The notes under the pieces: generated by a model
The model's input: only the letters and a program-made list of their open reading frames with translations
Databases searched by the model: none
Told to the model about the DNA's origin: nothing
Source: Octopus vulgaris
Lineage: Eukaryota
Direction of reading: 5' to 3'
DNA: 64,000 nt
Assembly: GCA_951406725.2 (NCBI GenBank)
Contig: OX597816.1
Location: 35,712,001-35,776,000, forward strand
Shown here: positions 1 through 11,637 of the stretch, one piece after another
How the letters are laid out: each line of letters begins with the position of its first letter
How positions within the stretch are numbered: position 1 is the first letter of the stretch
Translations under genes and position numbers: made by a program

Positions 1-661
1 GGGCAGAGAATGTGTATCAAATTTTGCCAAAAGATTGGCGATACCTGTTCAGAAGCCTACGTAAAGATTTCAAAAACTTTTCATCGTTCTTGACACAATC
101 AAGATCCTGTGTAAATGAAACCCAAGTTTCTTTTGGGTCAGCTACAAGCGGTTTTGGCATAAATTAGGAAGACAGGTGTCTCATTCACCAATCTTCAGGG
201 ATAATAGACTGAACTGTACCTCATCTGCACATCCTCTGATAATGCACAGATGGTGATTCGATGATTTCCTCTCACAGCTGCTAGCTGCACGCACATCTGC
301 GATGTTTTTTTCTCAATTCTGTTGCGAGTCTTCCAGAACGTTGGTCACTTTCGACATTTTTTCGGCCACTTGGATCCTTGTATGATCCAAACGTATCCTT
401 GTATGCAACTCATACTCTCCTCTCCATACACTTTCTGGAAGCCTCTAAGCAGGTATCGCCATGACACCTTTGTCTGTCATGGTCAATGCGACAATCACAC
501 GTTACACACGTTACTTCTAAGCACTGCAATAAACAGCAGAAGCGAGCTAGTCCAGTAAACCTTAGTTTGCATGCACAACAGAGGTCATGGTTATTTTGTG
601 CCAAGCGGCTTTACTCTACTTGCTTTACTAGGGCAACAGTCCGTATACTTATTGATCAAAC

Positions 662-667
<6 letters not shown>
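1..667 (-). mobile_element. Degenerate, internally inverted mariner (Tc1/mariner) transposon relic
   Basis: Minus strand begins TATGAGGTTTGATCAATAAGTATACGGACT (mariner-type TIR, ~638-667) next to a TA array. Broken minus-strand translation gives 'KVYGEESMS', 'TVQSIIPED..MRHLSS.FMPK' and 'QDL'. Plus strand 1-70 encodes a second N-terminal copy 'QRMCIKFCQKIGDTCSEAY'. Confidence 0.75.
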
Positions 668-735
<68 letters not shown>

Positions 736-739
<4 letters not shown>

Positions 740-946
740 TAAAAACGGTAAGATAACAAAAGAAAGAAAGAGACCTCAATATTATGTAAATAGAGGAAAT
801 TTATCTGTAAAATAATATGTGACAATTATTCAATAGCCAAGATAGAACTCTGAGTTTCGGATGCCGAGGTGGAAATCCACAACACCATCTCTTCGGTTAT
901 ATGAAACTCAGAGTTTTATCTTGGCTATTGAATAATTGTCACATAT

Positions 947-950
<4 letters not shown>
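736..950 (-). mobile_element. PLE pseudo-LTR relic with tail-out inverted repeat, embedded in (TA)n
   Basis: 814-858 and 903-947 are 45-nt inverted repeats with 1 mismatch. 736-900 is near-identical to 48401-48564. Both sides are (TA)n arrays, and it contains a hammerhead motif. Confidence 0.75.
842..900 (-). ncRNA. Minimal type-I hammerhead ribozyme motif (U4C core)
   Basis: Minus strand: ATAA-CCGAAGA-GATG...CATC-C-GAAAC-TCAGA-GTT-CTAT. Stem II is GATG/CATC with an inner GTGG/CCAC hairpin; stem III is quasi-palindromic ACTCAGAGT. Confidence 0.65.
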
Positions 951-1014
<64 letters not shown>

Positions 1015-1762
1015 AAATAAACAACAAGAATGACTCCGGTAATAAACATGGAGAGAGAGAGAGGGGGGGGAAGAGATCCTCTCTTACTAACAGAAATACG
1101 TATATGTAAAAATGTATACACGTATGCATAAGTACGAAACAGCACAATACAGACCCGCTGTTTATTTATAAGTAATGAGGTCCTTTGTCCATACACATTT
1201 TGTATATAATTTCGTATTTGATTTCATAAATATGATACAAGCTGCGCCCATGGAAATTCATCAGTTGTCGTGACTAGTATATATTTGTACAATTGCGTAT
1301 TATACTGATCATGCAATCTATAAAAGTGAGTGTTTTGTAGAATAGGGAACTGAATGACTTTATTTCCTTTCATTACCTTATCTATAATGGCGTTATCTTC
1401 ATTACATTCATATCAGTATTTTGATCAAATCAATGAATTATTACATTCATTATACATGAATAATGGTTAATTATCGTTATAAAGTCATATTATTAATTTA
1501 ATATTTCCATATGTGCAACGCTTTAGTGATAACTTTCTCTGGTCCCACTTAAGGCATTATGCAACTTCAACCCAATTGAGTATTCATTACAGTAAATTGT
1601 CTTACAAAACGCAATATTTATTATCATAGAATAAGTCATTGAAGCCAACACTGTGTTCTTTATCAAATTAAATTTCCAGTCACTCACTGCTAGTCTAATT
1701 CCAGGTATTAACTCTAACCTTCATGCAAATCTACCCCAGTCGTTTAAGGCAATTAGGATGTA

Positions 1763-1913
1763 ATTTTGACAGAAACTGAACTTAAATGTTGAAGTGAATT
1801 CAACGGTTTTTTTCTGTTCTTAAATGTCTTGTAAACATCTACGTTACAATTGTCTTTGTTTCAGCACACGATCTCAGATCAAGTCACTTGTTATGCGAAT
1901 AAAACTACGTAAT

Positions 1914-1914
<1 letters not shown>
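1763..1914 (+). mobile_element. 3' tail relic of a PLE-type repeat (same family as 43454-43630)
   Basis: Aligns to the reverse complement of 43454-43605 (e.g. CAGCACACGATCTCAGAT.A.GTCACTTG.TATGC) and ends CGTAATA directly into a microsatellite. Confidence 0.6.
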
Positions 1915-1972
<58 letters not shown>

Positions 1973-2015
1973 CATACATACATATATATATATATATATT
2001 TATATATATATGTAT

Positions 2016-2098
<83 letters not shown>

Positions 2099-2305
2099 CA
2101 TATATATATAAATAGATGAGGGTATTTTTACCTTGTTAACAATTAACACGGAAAAATAAATAAATAGTTACCAGGGCAGCAAAAATCTCACAAGTAAAGA
2201 TGTTGTAACTCCTTGTTTATAAAGGTTGAAACTTCGTGTTTACGTTGAATATTTTGAATAATATGAATAAAAATGGAGTTAACGCAGGTTTAAACAAGTA
2301 TTTTT

Positions 2306-2391
2306 ACTTTCTACATATGTTTCGAAAATTCCACTGATACTATTCAAAAGAATAAATTGTATAAACAATGCAAACTTCTCTTCGGGAAAGT
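2306..2391 (-). ncRNA. Type-I hammerhead ribozyme motif with long stem II
   Basis: Minus strand: ACTTTC-CCGAAGA-[GAAGTTTGCATTG...CAGTGGAATTTTC]-GAAAC-ATAT-GTA-GAAAGT. Perfect 6-bp stem I, palindromic stem III ACATATGT, GUA cleavage triplet. Confidence 0.8.
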
Positions 2392-2591
2392 GAAAAAACG
2401 AAACTCGTCAATACGACATTTTAGCTAAAAATGATGGATTTGTATAGCGATAGACAGAACGCTATTAATATTGTTTAAAAAAACGTTATATGATATAACG
2501 TCATAAGTAGCTAACAGAAAGAGTAGGGATATTAATAGTGAATGTTAAATATAAGGGACATTAAAGTTTAAATTATATATAATGATAGAGA

Positions 2592-3340
2592 CTACTTATA
2601 TGCACTAAATGTATGTTTCTGCCAATGTTTACATCTGTATGCTCGTTCTATAACCGTGTTTACTAGAGTATTTTTAGAAAAAATAATGAAAAATAGCTCA
2701 GAATTGCAGAGAAGACAGAATTTCTTGCCTTTGTCATATGGTATCGAAATTGAGAGGATCAACCATTCTAAATGAAATTGTTCATTGTGGTCTTTTAAAT
2801 CCCAAATCAGTTTGCTGAGACCGGTACTATTCCGTTTATTTCTATCCCTAAATGTTGAGTAATGGATAGAAATTCTTTTAGATAACTCTAACGATGTGCT
2901 TCCAATGTAAAATCGTACTTTATTACGAGTACTGATTATACACTGGTATATAGAATTTTTAATCTTAGAGTTACTTGACATAAATTTAATTCTATTGGAA
3001 TTGACTTCAGATACAATAACCTTGTTATTAATATTTCTAGAGGGTTGGCTGGTATTAGCTAAATCAATGTTAGTATTAGTAAATCTATTAATATTTAACA
3101 GTTTGTTATTATGAGAGGATATAATTTGCAAGAGATTTTTTGTGTTTGAAAAACCTATCCTAACCTTATGTGAATTAATTATAGAGTAATATCTAGAATT
3201 GTTTGGAAAATTCCTAGCAATAGCTTGACGAAACAGCAGTGGGAGCTTAGATTTAATTTGTCTCCCGTAAGGAATTATTAACCAAATATTTTTACTAGTA
3301 TTCATAGCGTGATTACTTTTGAAGGTGTTATATTTACTTT
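2592..3340 (-). pseudogene. C-terminal part of a PLE polyprotein: post-RT linker plus GIY-YIG endonuclease
   Basis: 'NIWLIIPY...NFP...IGFSNTKNLLQIISSHNNKLL', then 'SIYQ..(11)..FYIGST..LSKRISIH..STGLSKLIWDLK..W.IL..CLLCNSE..N..CKH'. The YIYI N-terminus of the supplied ORF is (TA)n read-through. Confidence 0.8.
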
Positions 3341-3341
3341 T

Positions 3342-3408
<67 letters not shown>

Positions 3409-3545
3409 ATATACATACATATATACCTATATCAGCAAAACCGACTGACTGAACAAGTACTAAGCTTAAAGAAATAAAACTTCTCGTCTCTTTTTCACGT
3501 TCAGGAAGCAGAAATATATATAAAAATAAAAAATTAAAAGCCTTA

Positions 3546-3603
3546 TAGGCGGTGCCACAGCATGGCCGCATTCAAATGACTGAAACAACTAAATAATAAA
3601 AGA
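3546..3603 (+). mobile_element. Isolated 3' tail of the CORE-type SINE / CR1-like tail
   Basis: AGGCGGTGCCACAGCATGGCCGCATTCAAATGACTGAAACAA matches the tails at 28200-28250, 46445-46505 and 51855-51900. Confidence 0.7.
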
Positions 3604-4429
3604 TATTCTTTAATAGTATCCTGTGTTAGGTGTAGAATATTATTCAACCCTATCCGATAGAGGGCCGTTCCTTCAAATCCCTACAGACACCACTAATATT
3701 TTCAAGGCATTATCAGTGGCTTGAGCAGCCCAAGAGAGTATTGAAAACTCATTATAGGAAATAAATCATTCTTTCTTCGAAGAATAGGAAAATATTGCTC
3801 AGTAGTAGGAGATATATTACAAGAGCATATATCAACGATACCTTTAGATAATGGAGTTTATATTACGCCTCTTCACCTAACAGCAGTGTGGTACTAACAT
3901 CTGCTGATGCAATAATTCGCCTATTAAAATACCGTTTCAGCATTAGAAAGAAGAATATCCATTAGCTACGTATAACCACATCCTCCTCAAGCAGTGATGT
4001 AGACACCTCTACATTCTGGTATTTTTCTTCCGATAATCAGATATAATTCTCTGTTTACTATTCCCAATATTTACACTTTGTGTTAGATATAAAATTCTTG
4101 CTCATATATTTCCGTAAATTCTCCAGGAATACTTAGTTCTATCATGCACTGGTGATGTATTCAGTTATGATTACAATTTGATTTATTGCATTATATATCG
4201 GCGATTTTGGCTTCTATTTCTTCTCTATATGAACATTTCAATAACTGATTCTGTAACTCCTTTTCAAAGCTGAATTAATTATGAATACAATAAGTAAAAA
4301 TGGTTGCACACCAGATGAAGAATTTTTCAAGGGCATCATTATAGGCCCTGCACTTCAATTTAGAACCTAATCCCATAAAAAACGTATTTTTTAATTGAAA
4401 ACCCTAATTAATATAAATTCTAGAAAACA

Positions 4430-4630
4430 AGACGGTGAGCTGGCAGAATCATTAGCATTCTGGGCAAAAAAAAAAATGCTTAGCTGCTTACCTTCGGAGC
4501 TCAAATTCCTCCGAGATCAAATTTGTCATTCTATGCTACCGTGTCGATAATATAAGTACTACTGGGTTGATTTAATCGACTTATCACCTTCCCAAAGCTA
4601 TCGATTTCGCGTCAAAATTCGAAACCAATA
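4430..4630 (+). mobile_element. tRNA-derived SINE, Nin-domain-like family (diverged)
   Basis: Head GGTGAGCTGGCAGAATC..TTAGCA, B-box-like GAGCTCAAATTCC and GTCGATAA.ATAAGTAC core; homologous to 9801-10196. Confidence 0.7.
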
Positions 4631-5425
4631 TAAATGCTAGAATAAATTATATTTTTTCCCCTTATTTAAATCTCTTTTTGTTTATGATATGCTAAGTGTC
4701 CAGCAGAAAACCAGGTATATGTAGCCGAATATAGAAATATGTATGAAGTGAGATATTTTTTTATGTGCCGTATCTATGAAATGAGATTCAAAACACAAAT
4801 TACAAGAAAATAACCATCTTGAGAAGAATAACAAGTATAATCTCTGCGCCCTAATCCTACGCAGAATATATGCTCTCAGCATAAGAAGTTAGGAGTTAAG
4901 GGAATTGACAAACTAAGCGATGAAATCAGAAAGTTATTTAAATCAGTAATGAAGCTACTTTTCAAAGCGGCAGTTTCATAAAATATACATACCGAGTGAC
5001 ATTATTAGATTCGTTGAATACTATATATTCTCTTAGTCCAAATATCTTGTGCATTAATCAACGTTAGACTTGCATCACACAACAGAGTTAGAAGGAAATG
5101 AACGTAGAGTAATATATCCATGGACGTGAACAAATTACCAACAAAATTCACATTGTAAATTGGAAATCTATTGAGCAAAATCACTGGTTTTGGTGTCTTA
5201 TATTTGTCTCCATAGATAGATTCGTAGGTACTTCATATGATAAATTATCATATAAGGTACCAACCACATGCAGCATCACAGAGAAAGCTCCTACTTACTC
5301 CCGTGGTGTTCGAATTTATCAGCTCTTCATTGACAGCAAATTCTTTGTTCAGTTACATCTAGTAATATCTATCAATAGGAAATTTCATTTATATTTTTAC
5401 CACTTCGGATACGCTTAATAAATCT

Positions 5426-6253
5426 TTGGTTGCTAATAACCCGAAAGTATCACACAGGAGCAAGGAGACAGGCAGTTCTTGTAGTCGTGGCACACGACTA
5501 CAAGAACTAAAAGATACCCTTATCACCAGGAACTATCCACCTTCACTTATTGACAAGTGCATTCAACGTGCCCTTCAACTTAACATCAAGGAACTGAGAC
5601 ATCCCAAATCAAAGAAAATCTTACAACCAAAAGCCTTACCATACATCTCCACACACAACCCTCTCAATAACGAAGCCTTCGACACCATCCTCCACAACAT
5701 ACCCCTCCTAAAAAAAGACCACAGAATGAACACAATCCTCCAAACACACACGATCATAAAAAGCAAAAGACAGCCTAGATCCATGAAAAGTCTCCTTACA
5801 CAAGCCCGAATTCACTCTTCAACACAGAAGCCGACAGTACAAAAATGTGGAAGACCCAATTGCGGGATATGCGACTATCTAATTGAGGGATCAGAGTTCT
5901 CCTTCAAACAGGGACAACGGTTTACAGTGAAAAGCAACTTCACATGTGCTTCGGAGAACCTAATATACTCACTAACCTGCTCCGGGTGTCAAGAGCAGTA
6001 CATAGGCCAAACAAAAAATGGTTTGCGTAAACGAATGGCCCTGCACAGATCCCAGATAAAAATTCCCCAAAACAGAAAAATAGCTTTTAGCCAACACATA
6101 GATACTTGCGCCAACAAAAGAACACCAAACTTCAGAATTTTCCCCCTCTACCAATTTAGGGACGATACAACCCCGAGACAACGAATAAGTAAAGAAAATC
6201 TCTTTATTACAAAATACAAGCCACTTCTTAACGGGTCTACGACAAACAATTAA
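5426..6253 (+). CDS. PLE (Neptune-type) C-terminal ORF fragment: thumb, Cys-rich linker, GIY-YIG endonuclease
   Basis: Open frame with 'RLQELKDTLITRNYP', 'KCGRPNCGICDY', 'FTCASENLIYSLTCSGCQEQYIGQTKNGLRKRMALHRSQI', 'FSQH' and 'RISKENLFITKYKPLLN'. It is 5'-truncated; homology starts ~5480 and the start codon is fortuitous. Confidence 0.85.
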   Translation: MVANNPKVSHRSKETGSSCSRGTRLQELKDTLITRNYPPSLIDKCIQRALQLNIKELRHPKSKKILQPKALPYISTHNPLNNEAFDTILHNIPLLKKDHRMNTILQTHTIIKSKRQPRSMKSLLTQARIHSSTQKPTVQKCGRPNCGICDYLIEGSEFSFKQGQRFTVKSNFTCASENLIYSLTCSGCQEQYIGQTKNGLRKRMALHRSQIKIPQNRKIAFSQHIDTCANKRTPNFRIFPLYQFRDDTTPRQRISKENLFITKYKPLLNGSTTNN

Positions 6254-6988
6254 TATACCTCAACTTTAGAATAAAAGAAATATATACACACACAAATATT
6301 ACACTCCATAGAATCCATTACTAATCAGCCCCATCACTTACACCCATTCATATTCTCCCTTCTCTGTTTTTTTTCTTCTTCTTCTTCTTCCACTTCTTCT
6401 TCATCATCGTCATTATCATCATCATCGTCGTCACCATCATCACCACCATCATCACCACCATCTTCTCCTTCTCCTTCTTCTTCTTCTTCTTCTTCTTCTT
6501 CTTCTTCTTCTTCTTCTTCATCATCATCATCAACATCGTCATCTTCTTCTTCTACTTCTCCACCTTCCACCCCTTAACCTTGTCACTAATGTCTTTCAGT
6601 ATAACGCCTACGCAATTTCCATAAACAATTCCTGAATTGAACTGCGACTACTGTCAGCAACTGACCATTCAAAATACGACCATTAAGGCATTCCCAGATT
6701 TCCCCAACCCCTCTCCACATCAGCCTCATTATTCTTCACCTATCCTACTAAGAACTCAAAACGACCTCGAACACACAAGTGCAAACAAGGGAGTCAGAGA
6801 AAGGCAGAATGCTACTTATATCTGAACACTACTACAGAAATTTTTTTTTTTTAAATCTTTTCTTCTAATTTTTCTAAATTTAATTATTTAATCGTTACAG
6901 TTGAAAAGGTCTCAAAATGACCGAAACCGGTACTGAAAGATTCACTATAAAATCATCTTAGCATTTTCTATTTTTGACTTGTTTTTTC

Positions 6989-6990
<2 letters not shown>
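5480..6990 (+). mobile_element. 5'-truncated Neptune-type PLE with 3' UTR/pLTR
   Basis: Endonuclease ORF, 3' UTR containing a (TTC)/(TCA)n tract at 6370-6570, hammerhead at 6895-6938, ending at (TA)n from 6993. Confidence 0.8.
6895..6938 (+). ncRNA. Minimal hammerhead motif, U3-A8 variant core
   Basis: CAG-TTGAAAA-GGTC-TCAAAAT-GACC-GAAAC-CG-GTA-CTG; palindromic stem III ACCGGT. Confidence 0.75.
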
Positions 6991-7048
<58 letters not shown>

Positions 7049-7049
<1 letters not shown>

Positions 7050-7217
7050 ACGGGCTTCTTTCAGTTTCTGTCCACCAAATCCACTCAAAATGCTTTGGTC
7101 GGTCTGAGGTCTGAGGCTGCAGGAAAAGTCAATTGCCCAAAATATCACGCAGTGGGACTGAACCCGGAACTATGTGATCGGCAACCAAGCTACTCACCAC
7201 ACAGCCACTCCTGCGCC
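7049..7217 (-). mobile_element. tRNA-derived CORE-type SINE, 5' half
   Basis: Minus strand: GGCGCAGGAGTGGCTGTGTGGTGAG (A box), CCGGGTTCAGTCCC (B box), TTGGGCAA CORE-like block; ends at its internal (TA)n. Confidence 0.8.
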
Positions 7218-8519
7218 TATATATTTACATTTACTGTTTGATTTTAACGTCTTCTCTTATTTTCGTTTTCTATTCTATCTTGAACACATTCTCTTATCTA
7301 TTGTACACACCGATTATATTCTCTGTGATTCATATTTTCCCTTCTCTGTTGCTGTCCTGTGCTTGTTCTGATTATTCGATCCACTGCTTCTCTTTACGCC
7401 CTTACCTTTGGACTCACCTGTAATTTGTTAGCTTACGTCGTCTATGATCCATGTGTTATGAACAAATATCAATTTTGAAGCGAGCGGACTTTAAATAATT
7501 GCGCTTACACACATGATTTTAAGTGTAGGGTGATATAAATATTTAGTCAAATAAAAAAACTACATATTTTTAATATTTATATGAAAAGTGCTAACTCCAC
7601 AACTATCAGCAGCTACACTACCATCACCACCACCACCACCTCTTTCACCACTACCATCGTCGTTATAGTTTTCAATAACAAAGCTCAGTTTAAGTTGTTT
7701 ACCAAGATCATTTTCATTATTTTTTAAATTCATTTCAGTTCAGTTATTTTTTGTGTGTTTACATTTCGTTCTGCCATTGTATCTATCTCTAGTCTGACAA
7801 TACAAATTTCGAATAACAAATTTCCAAAAAAATCTACGGCTAGATTACTAAGCTATTTCAATTTCATAGAAAAAATATAGCTTTCTATGTATGATAAATT
7901 TATCATTATCTCTCATATAAGGTTTCTTTTTTTCCCTCTAGCCATCGATGTATTTCTCAATGTTGACAGACAGAAAAATGGATCGACAGGCAGAAGATAT
8001 AAAAAATTTAATATTAAAAGGTTTTTCTTGTCGGTCATTATAATAAATGATTCCATTCTGCTAAACACCGCCTATTTCTCTCTATATTTTTCTCTCTACC
8101 TTCTATTTCAGCAAAATTTTTCAGCATGTCATTCCTCTATTCAAGCCGTTACCATTTTACTCTCTTTTTTTTAATCTCTCACGTGACAGCGTAATGCATC
8201 AGCTGGCATATCGTCACTGCTATCTGTCTCTCACTTTCGCTATAACTCCATCTTCTCTCCCTTTCTATCTGCCTTTCTTTAATCTCACCATTACAACATC
8301 ATCCCTCTGCTAGAGGCATGCGTTTCTAACTATCCTTCTCCATAGTTCTTCCTCCAACTGACTTTTTAACCACATAATAACTGTTACTTTCCCCTGCCTT
8401 ACCTCCTTAACTCTTCTTTCAAACTCTTTTTTCTCTCACTCTTGGTTTCAATCTTCACCTAACTGTGTGACAGCATAGCACATTTGGCCTTAGCTTATTA
8501 TAATATTCAAACATCCTAT

Positions 8520-8705
8520 GTACGTATGTATGTGACTCTCTCTCTCTCTCTCTCTCTCTCTTTCAATCTATCTATCTATTTGCATGCATGTACGTACGTA
8601 TGTATGCATGCATGTATGTATGTATAGATGTATGGATGGATGGATGGATGGATGGATGGATAGATGGATGGATAGATGGATAGATGGATGGATGGATGGA
8701 TGGAT
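8520..8705. repeat. Compound microsatellite (TATG)/(CT)/(GATG)n
   Basis: Read directly from the sequence. Confidence 0.9.
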
Positions 8706-9749
8706 ATAGCCATACAGCACTCTCGGCATATCTTGAGCTGCTCATTTTAAAGGTATATGTTCAATACTCACAGTAGAATAATCATTAGCGTTTATATTCT
8801 TTATTTGTTACATTCTCCTTCATATTTTTCTTTTTGATATTTCTTTTTAAAGAAGTTTAGATCAAAGCTGTATGAGACACTGTATATTTTGGTTTCAAAA
8901 CAGAGCCTTTAGCAATGAAATCGCCAAGAAAATATTTATTCTCTCTCTCTCTATATATATATATATATGAAAACGTAGTTTTAAATTTGCGGACGTGCCA
9001 AAAACTGTGGCCAATTTCACTTGGAAAGCTTCTTTCTCAGATTCCCCCCAATCTGAACGCTCAATTCTATCATTAATAAGCCTGTCAAATCTTTATTTAA
9101 GGAAAATTCAAATCGACTACACAAACATTTGTAAGATCGTTCAATTCAAGTCAATATTCGATCGCAGAACGCTTTAATGAAATTAGGAAAATACTATACT
9201 TAGTAGATTCGTCACCTTACCTTGATTAAATAATTGTTCTTTACTCGACTTGCAAGAGTAGACTTGCTACCAGATCCTTCCTGAGTAGAGTTGTCAGAAG
9301 AGATGACAAATTTATTCTCTATATTCATATTTAATGAAAATGATAAACAGTATCGTCTAACGTAAAATTAAAGCAATAAATACCGGGAAATATTGTCGTC
9401 ATTTCGCATCATTACACACAAAATTGCCAAAGGCGCCATAGTAGGTGAATCATAAAGAGTGTTGCTGTTGATCCAAAATGAATATCTACGTATTGTCGAA
9501 GTTATTTCCGATAAGATTCAGCCTCAAAATATAAGTTCTGCCTCATATTTTAATTTTTCTGACTTCTATGTATCTACCATCCTCTTACAACCTTGCAATA
9601 TCATAAGACGGAAGATGGCTTATTAACTGTAAGAATCTTGAAATTCAACCGGACTTTCTTTCCAACTATATGTATAGTTGGAATTATTTAAGTCCAACTA
9701 ACTGACCCCACTACTTACTTTCTATTTAAGACTGTTACTTATTATATTG

Positions 9750-10445
9750 ATATCTTTTGACGAACTGCTACAAAACGGAGACGTAAACACGCCAATACTT
9801 ATTTCTTATTTCTTACTTCTTTATTGCTCACAAGGGGCTAAACAGAGAGGAGGGAACAAACAGGGACAGACAAAGGGATTAAGTCGATTACACTGACATC
9901 AGTGCGTAACTAGTACGTAATTTATCGACCCCGAAAGGATGACAGGCAAAGTCGATCTCGGCGGAATTTGAACTCAGAACGTAACGGCAGACGAAATACC
10001 TATTTCTTTATTACCCACAAGGGGCTAAACACAGAGGGGACAAACAAGGACAGACATAGGTATTAAGTCGATTACATCGACCCCAGTGCCTAACTGGTAC
10101 TTAATTTATCGACCTCGAAAGGATGAAAGGCAAAGTCGAAATACCGCTAAGCACTTCGCCCGGCGTGTTAACGTTTCTGCCAGCTCACCGCCTTCTTATG
10201 CTAACAATACTGCAAACACGCCAATACTTGTGGTAAAAAGGCATTGGGGATTACACACATAACCAAATGCAAAGACACACACATATGTATTTTCAACGAG
10301 CTATTTTCAGTCTCAGTCTAGTAAATCCACTCACTAGGAATCGGTTGGCCCAAGAATAGAGTAGACGACACTCACTCAAGATACCACGCAGTGGGAGTGA
10401 ACTCGGAACCATGTGGTCGAAAAGCAAACGTCATAAAATCTAGCT
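9750..10445 (-). mobile_element. Old CORE-type SINE interrupted by a younger SINE dimer
   Basis: 10295-10430 matches the head/CORE of 7049-7217. 9750-9800 plus 10214-10250 match the 3' part seen at 46560-46635. Confidence 0.7.
9801..10196 (-). mobile_element. Dimeric Nin-domain-like tRNA SINE with 16-bp target-site duplication
   Basis: Two tandem units carry GCCT(T/G)TCATCCTTTCG(A/G)GGTCGATAAATTA.GTAC and the element has an (AAGAAAT)n-like tail. AAACACGCCAATACTT occurs at both 9785-9800 and 10214-10229. Confidence 0.85.
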
Positions 10446-10649
10446 GCACGTGTTGTAAGAAGGTGCCATTTGTTTTCATATTCAGTAATAATAACAAATA
10501 TTTTATATAGTTCTGACGGATTCCAATATATTTTGCAGGGTACTACTTAATTATTTTTTTACAAGAATACTCTATACATACATGCATATATATATATACG
10601 CATACACATATATATATACATATACATATACACACATACACACACACAC

Positions 10650-10751
<102 letters not shown>

Positions 10752-11044
10752 TATAGTTTATGTGAAATATATGTGTATAGTTAAATATATGCAAACAAAG
10801 GTCCAGAGACACAAGCATACCCACATTTACGCTTATATCATAATGTGAGCCTGTTTACATTTCAATGAGCATAGAAATTTGTCCTTATGTCAGTAAAAAT
10901 GATTTTTTTACATCCAACGGAAGTAATACGCATGATACCGATAAAATTAAAATCATAGGGCATGATGTCAACACACGCAGCAATGTTATGAACGACTGTC
11001 AAGAATAGAAAAAAATTGGCTTTATGCGTTTTGCTTTGTGCAGG

Positions 11045-11084
<40 letters not shown>

Positions 11085-11547
11085 GAGAATTGCAGAAGCG
11101 TAGAAAACAAAATCTGAAGCAGTTCCGAGGATTAATCCCCATCATAGTAGCGACAGGAAATTCAGTAAGAGGAGGTAGAACAAGTTAAGACAGCACCCAT
11201 GCAGTTCCCAGGCTGAGTATAGCATGGATGAAGACTAGTTACGAAATATTAGAAGAGAATGGGGTTTCATTTCATTTGAGCATATGAGACCCCATGGAAA
11301 GTATGTCGCTGTTATTTGGAAGGAAGAACTGAATTACAGGGACTCACCTGATTTGGAGGGGATTTGGAGTGAACGAGTTCTTTGAAGACATACCTGCTGA
11401 AGACTGCGTTCTGATAAAAAGCATGTTATAAGATCATGAATCCTCAACTGAAAGAATTGTTTACTTCTAGGTCACAAACGTTGCTTTCACCCTTCACATA
11501 TATATATACATACATACAAAACAATAACAGACGATGGATAACTGTTA

Positions 11548-11637
11548 GCTAGTTACAATTGTTTCTTACGCATCTTTTTTAATTGAAGAATGAGAACATT
11601 ATTCCGTTACAAAAAAACCGTAATCTTCAGATGAAAA
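11548..11637 (-). ncRNA. Hammerhead motif (canonical core, long stem-II insert, weak stem I)
   Basis: Minus strand: CTGAAGA-TTACG...CGTAA-GAAAC-AATT-GTA; palindromic stem III ACAATTGT. Stem I is mostly unpaired. Confidence 0.55.

Larger units (their letters stand above)
2112..3342 (-). mobile_element. 5'-truncated Penelope-like retroelement (Naiad-like) inserted in (TA)n
   Basis: A GIY-YIG ORF is followed by a 3' UTR with a hammerhead motif; (TA)n arrays lie on both sides. Confidence 0.8.

Noticed and set aside
2400-2590. SECIS element in the Naiad-like 3' UTR (ATGA followed by an ACGTTATA/TATAACGT hairpin)
   Set aside because: No 3' GA for the quartet, no apical AA, and no in-frame TGA in the ORF fragment.
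6334-6570. Acidic poly-E/D ORF
   Set aside because: Antisense translation of a (TTC)/(TCA)n tract inside the PLE 3' UTR.
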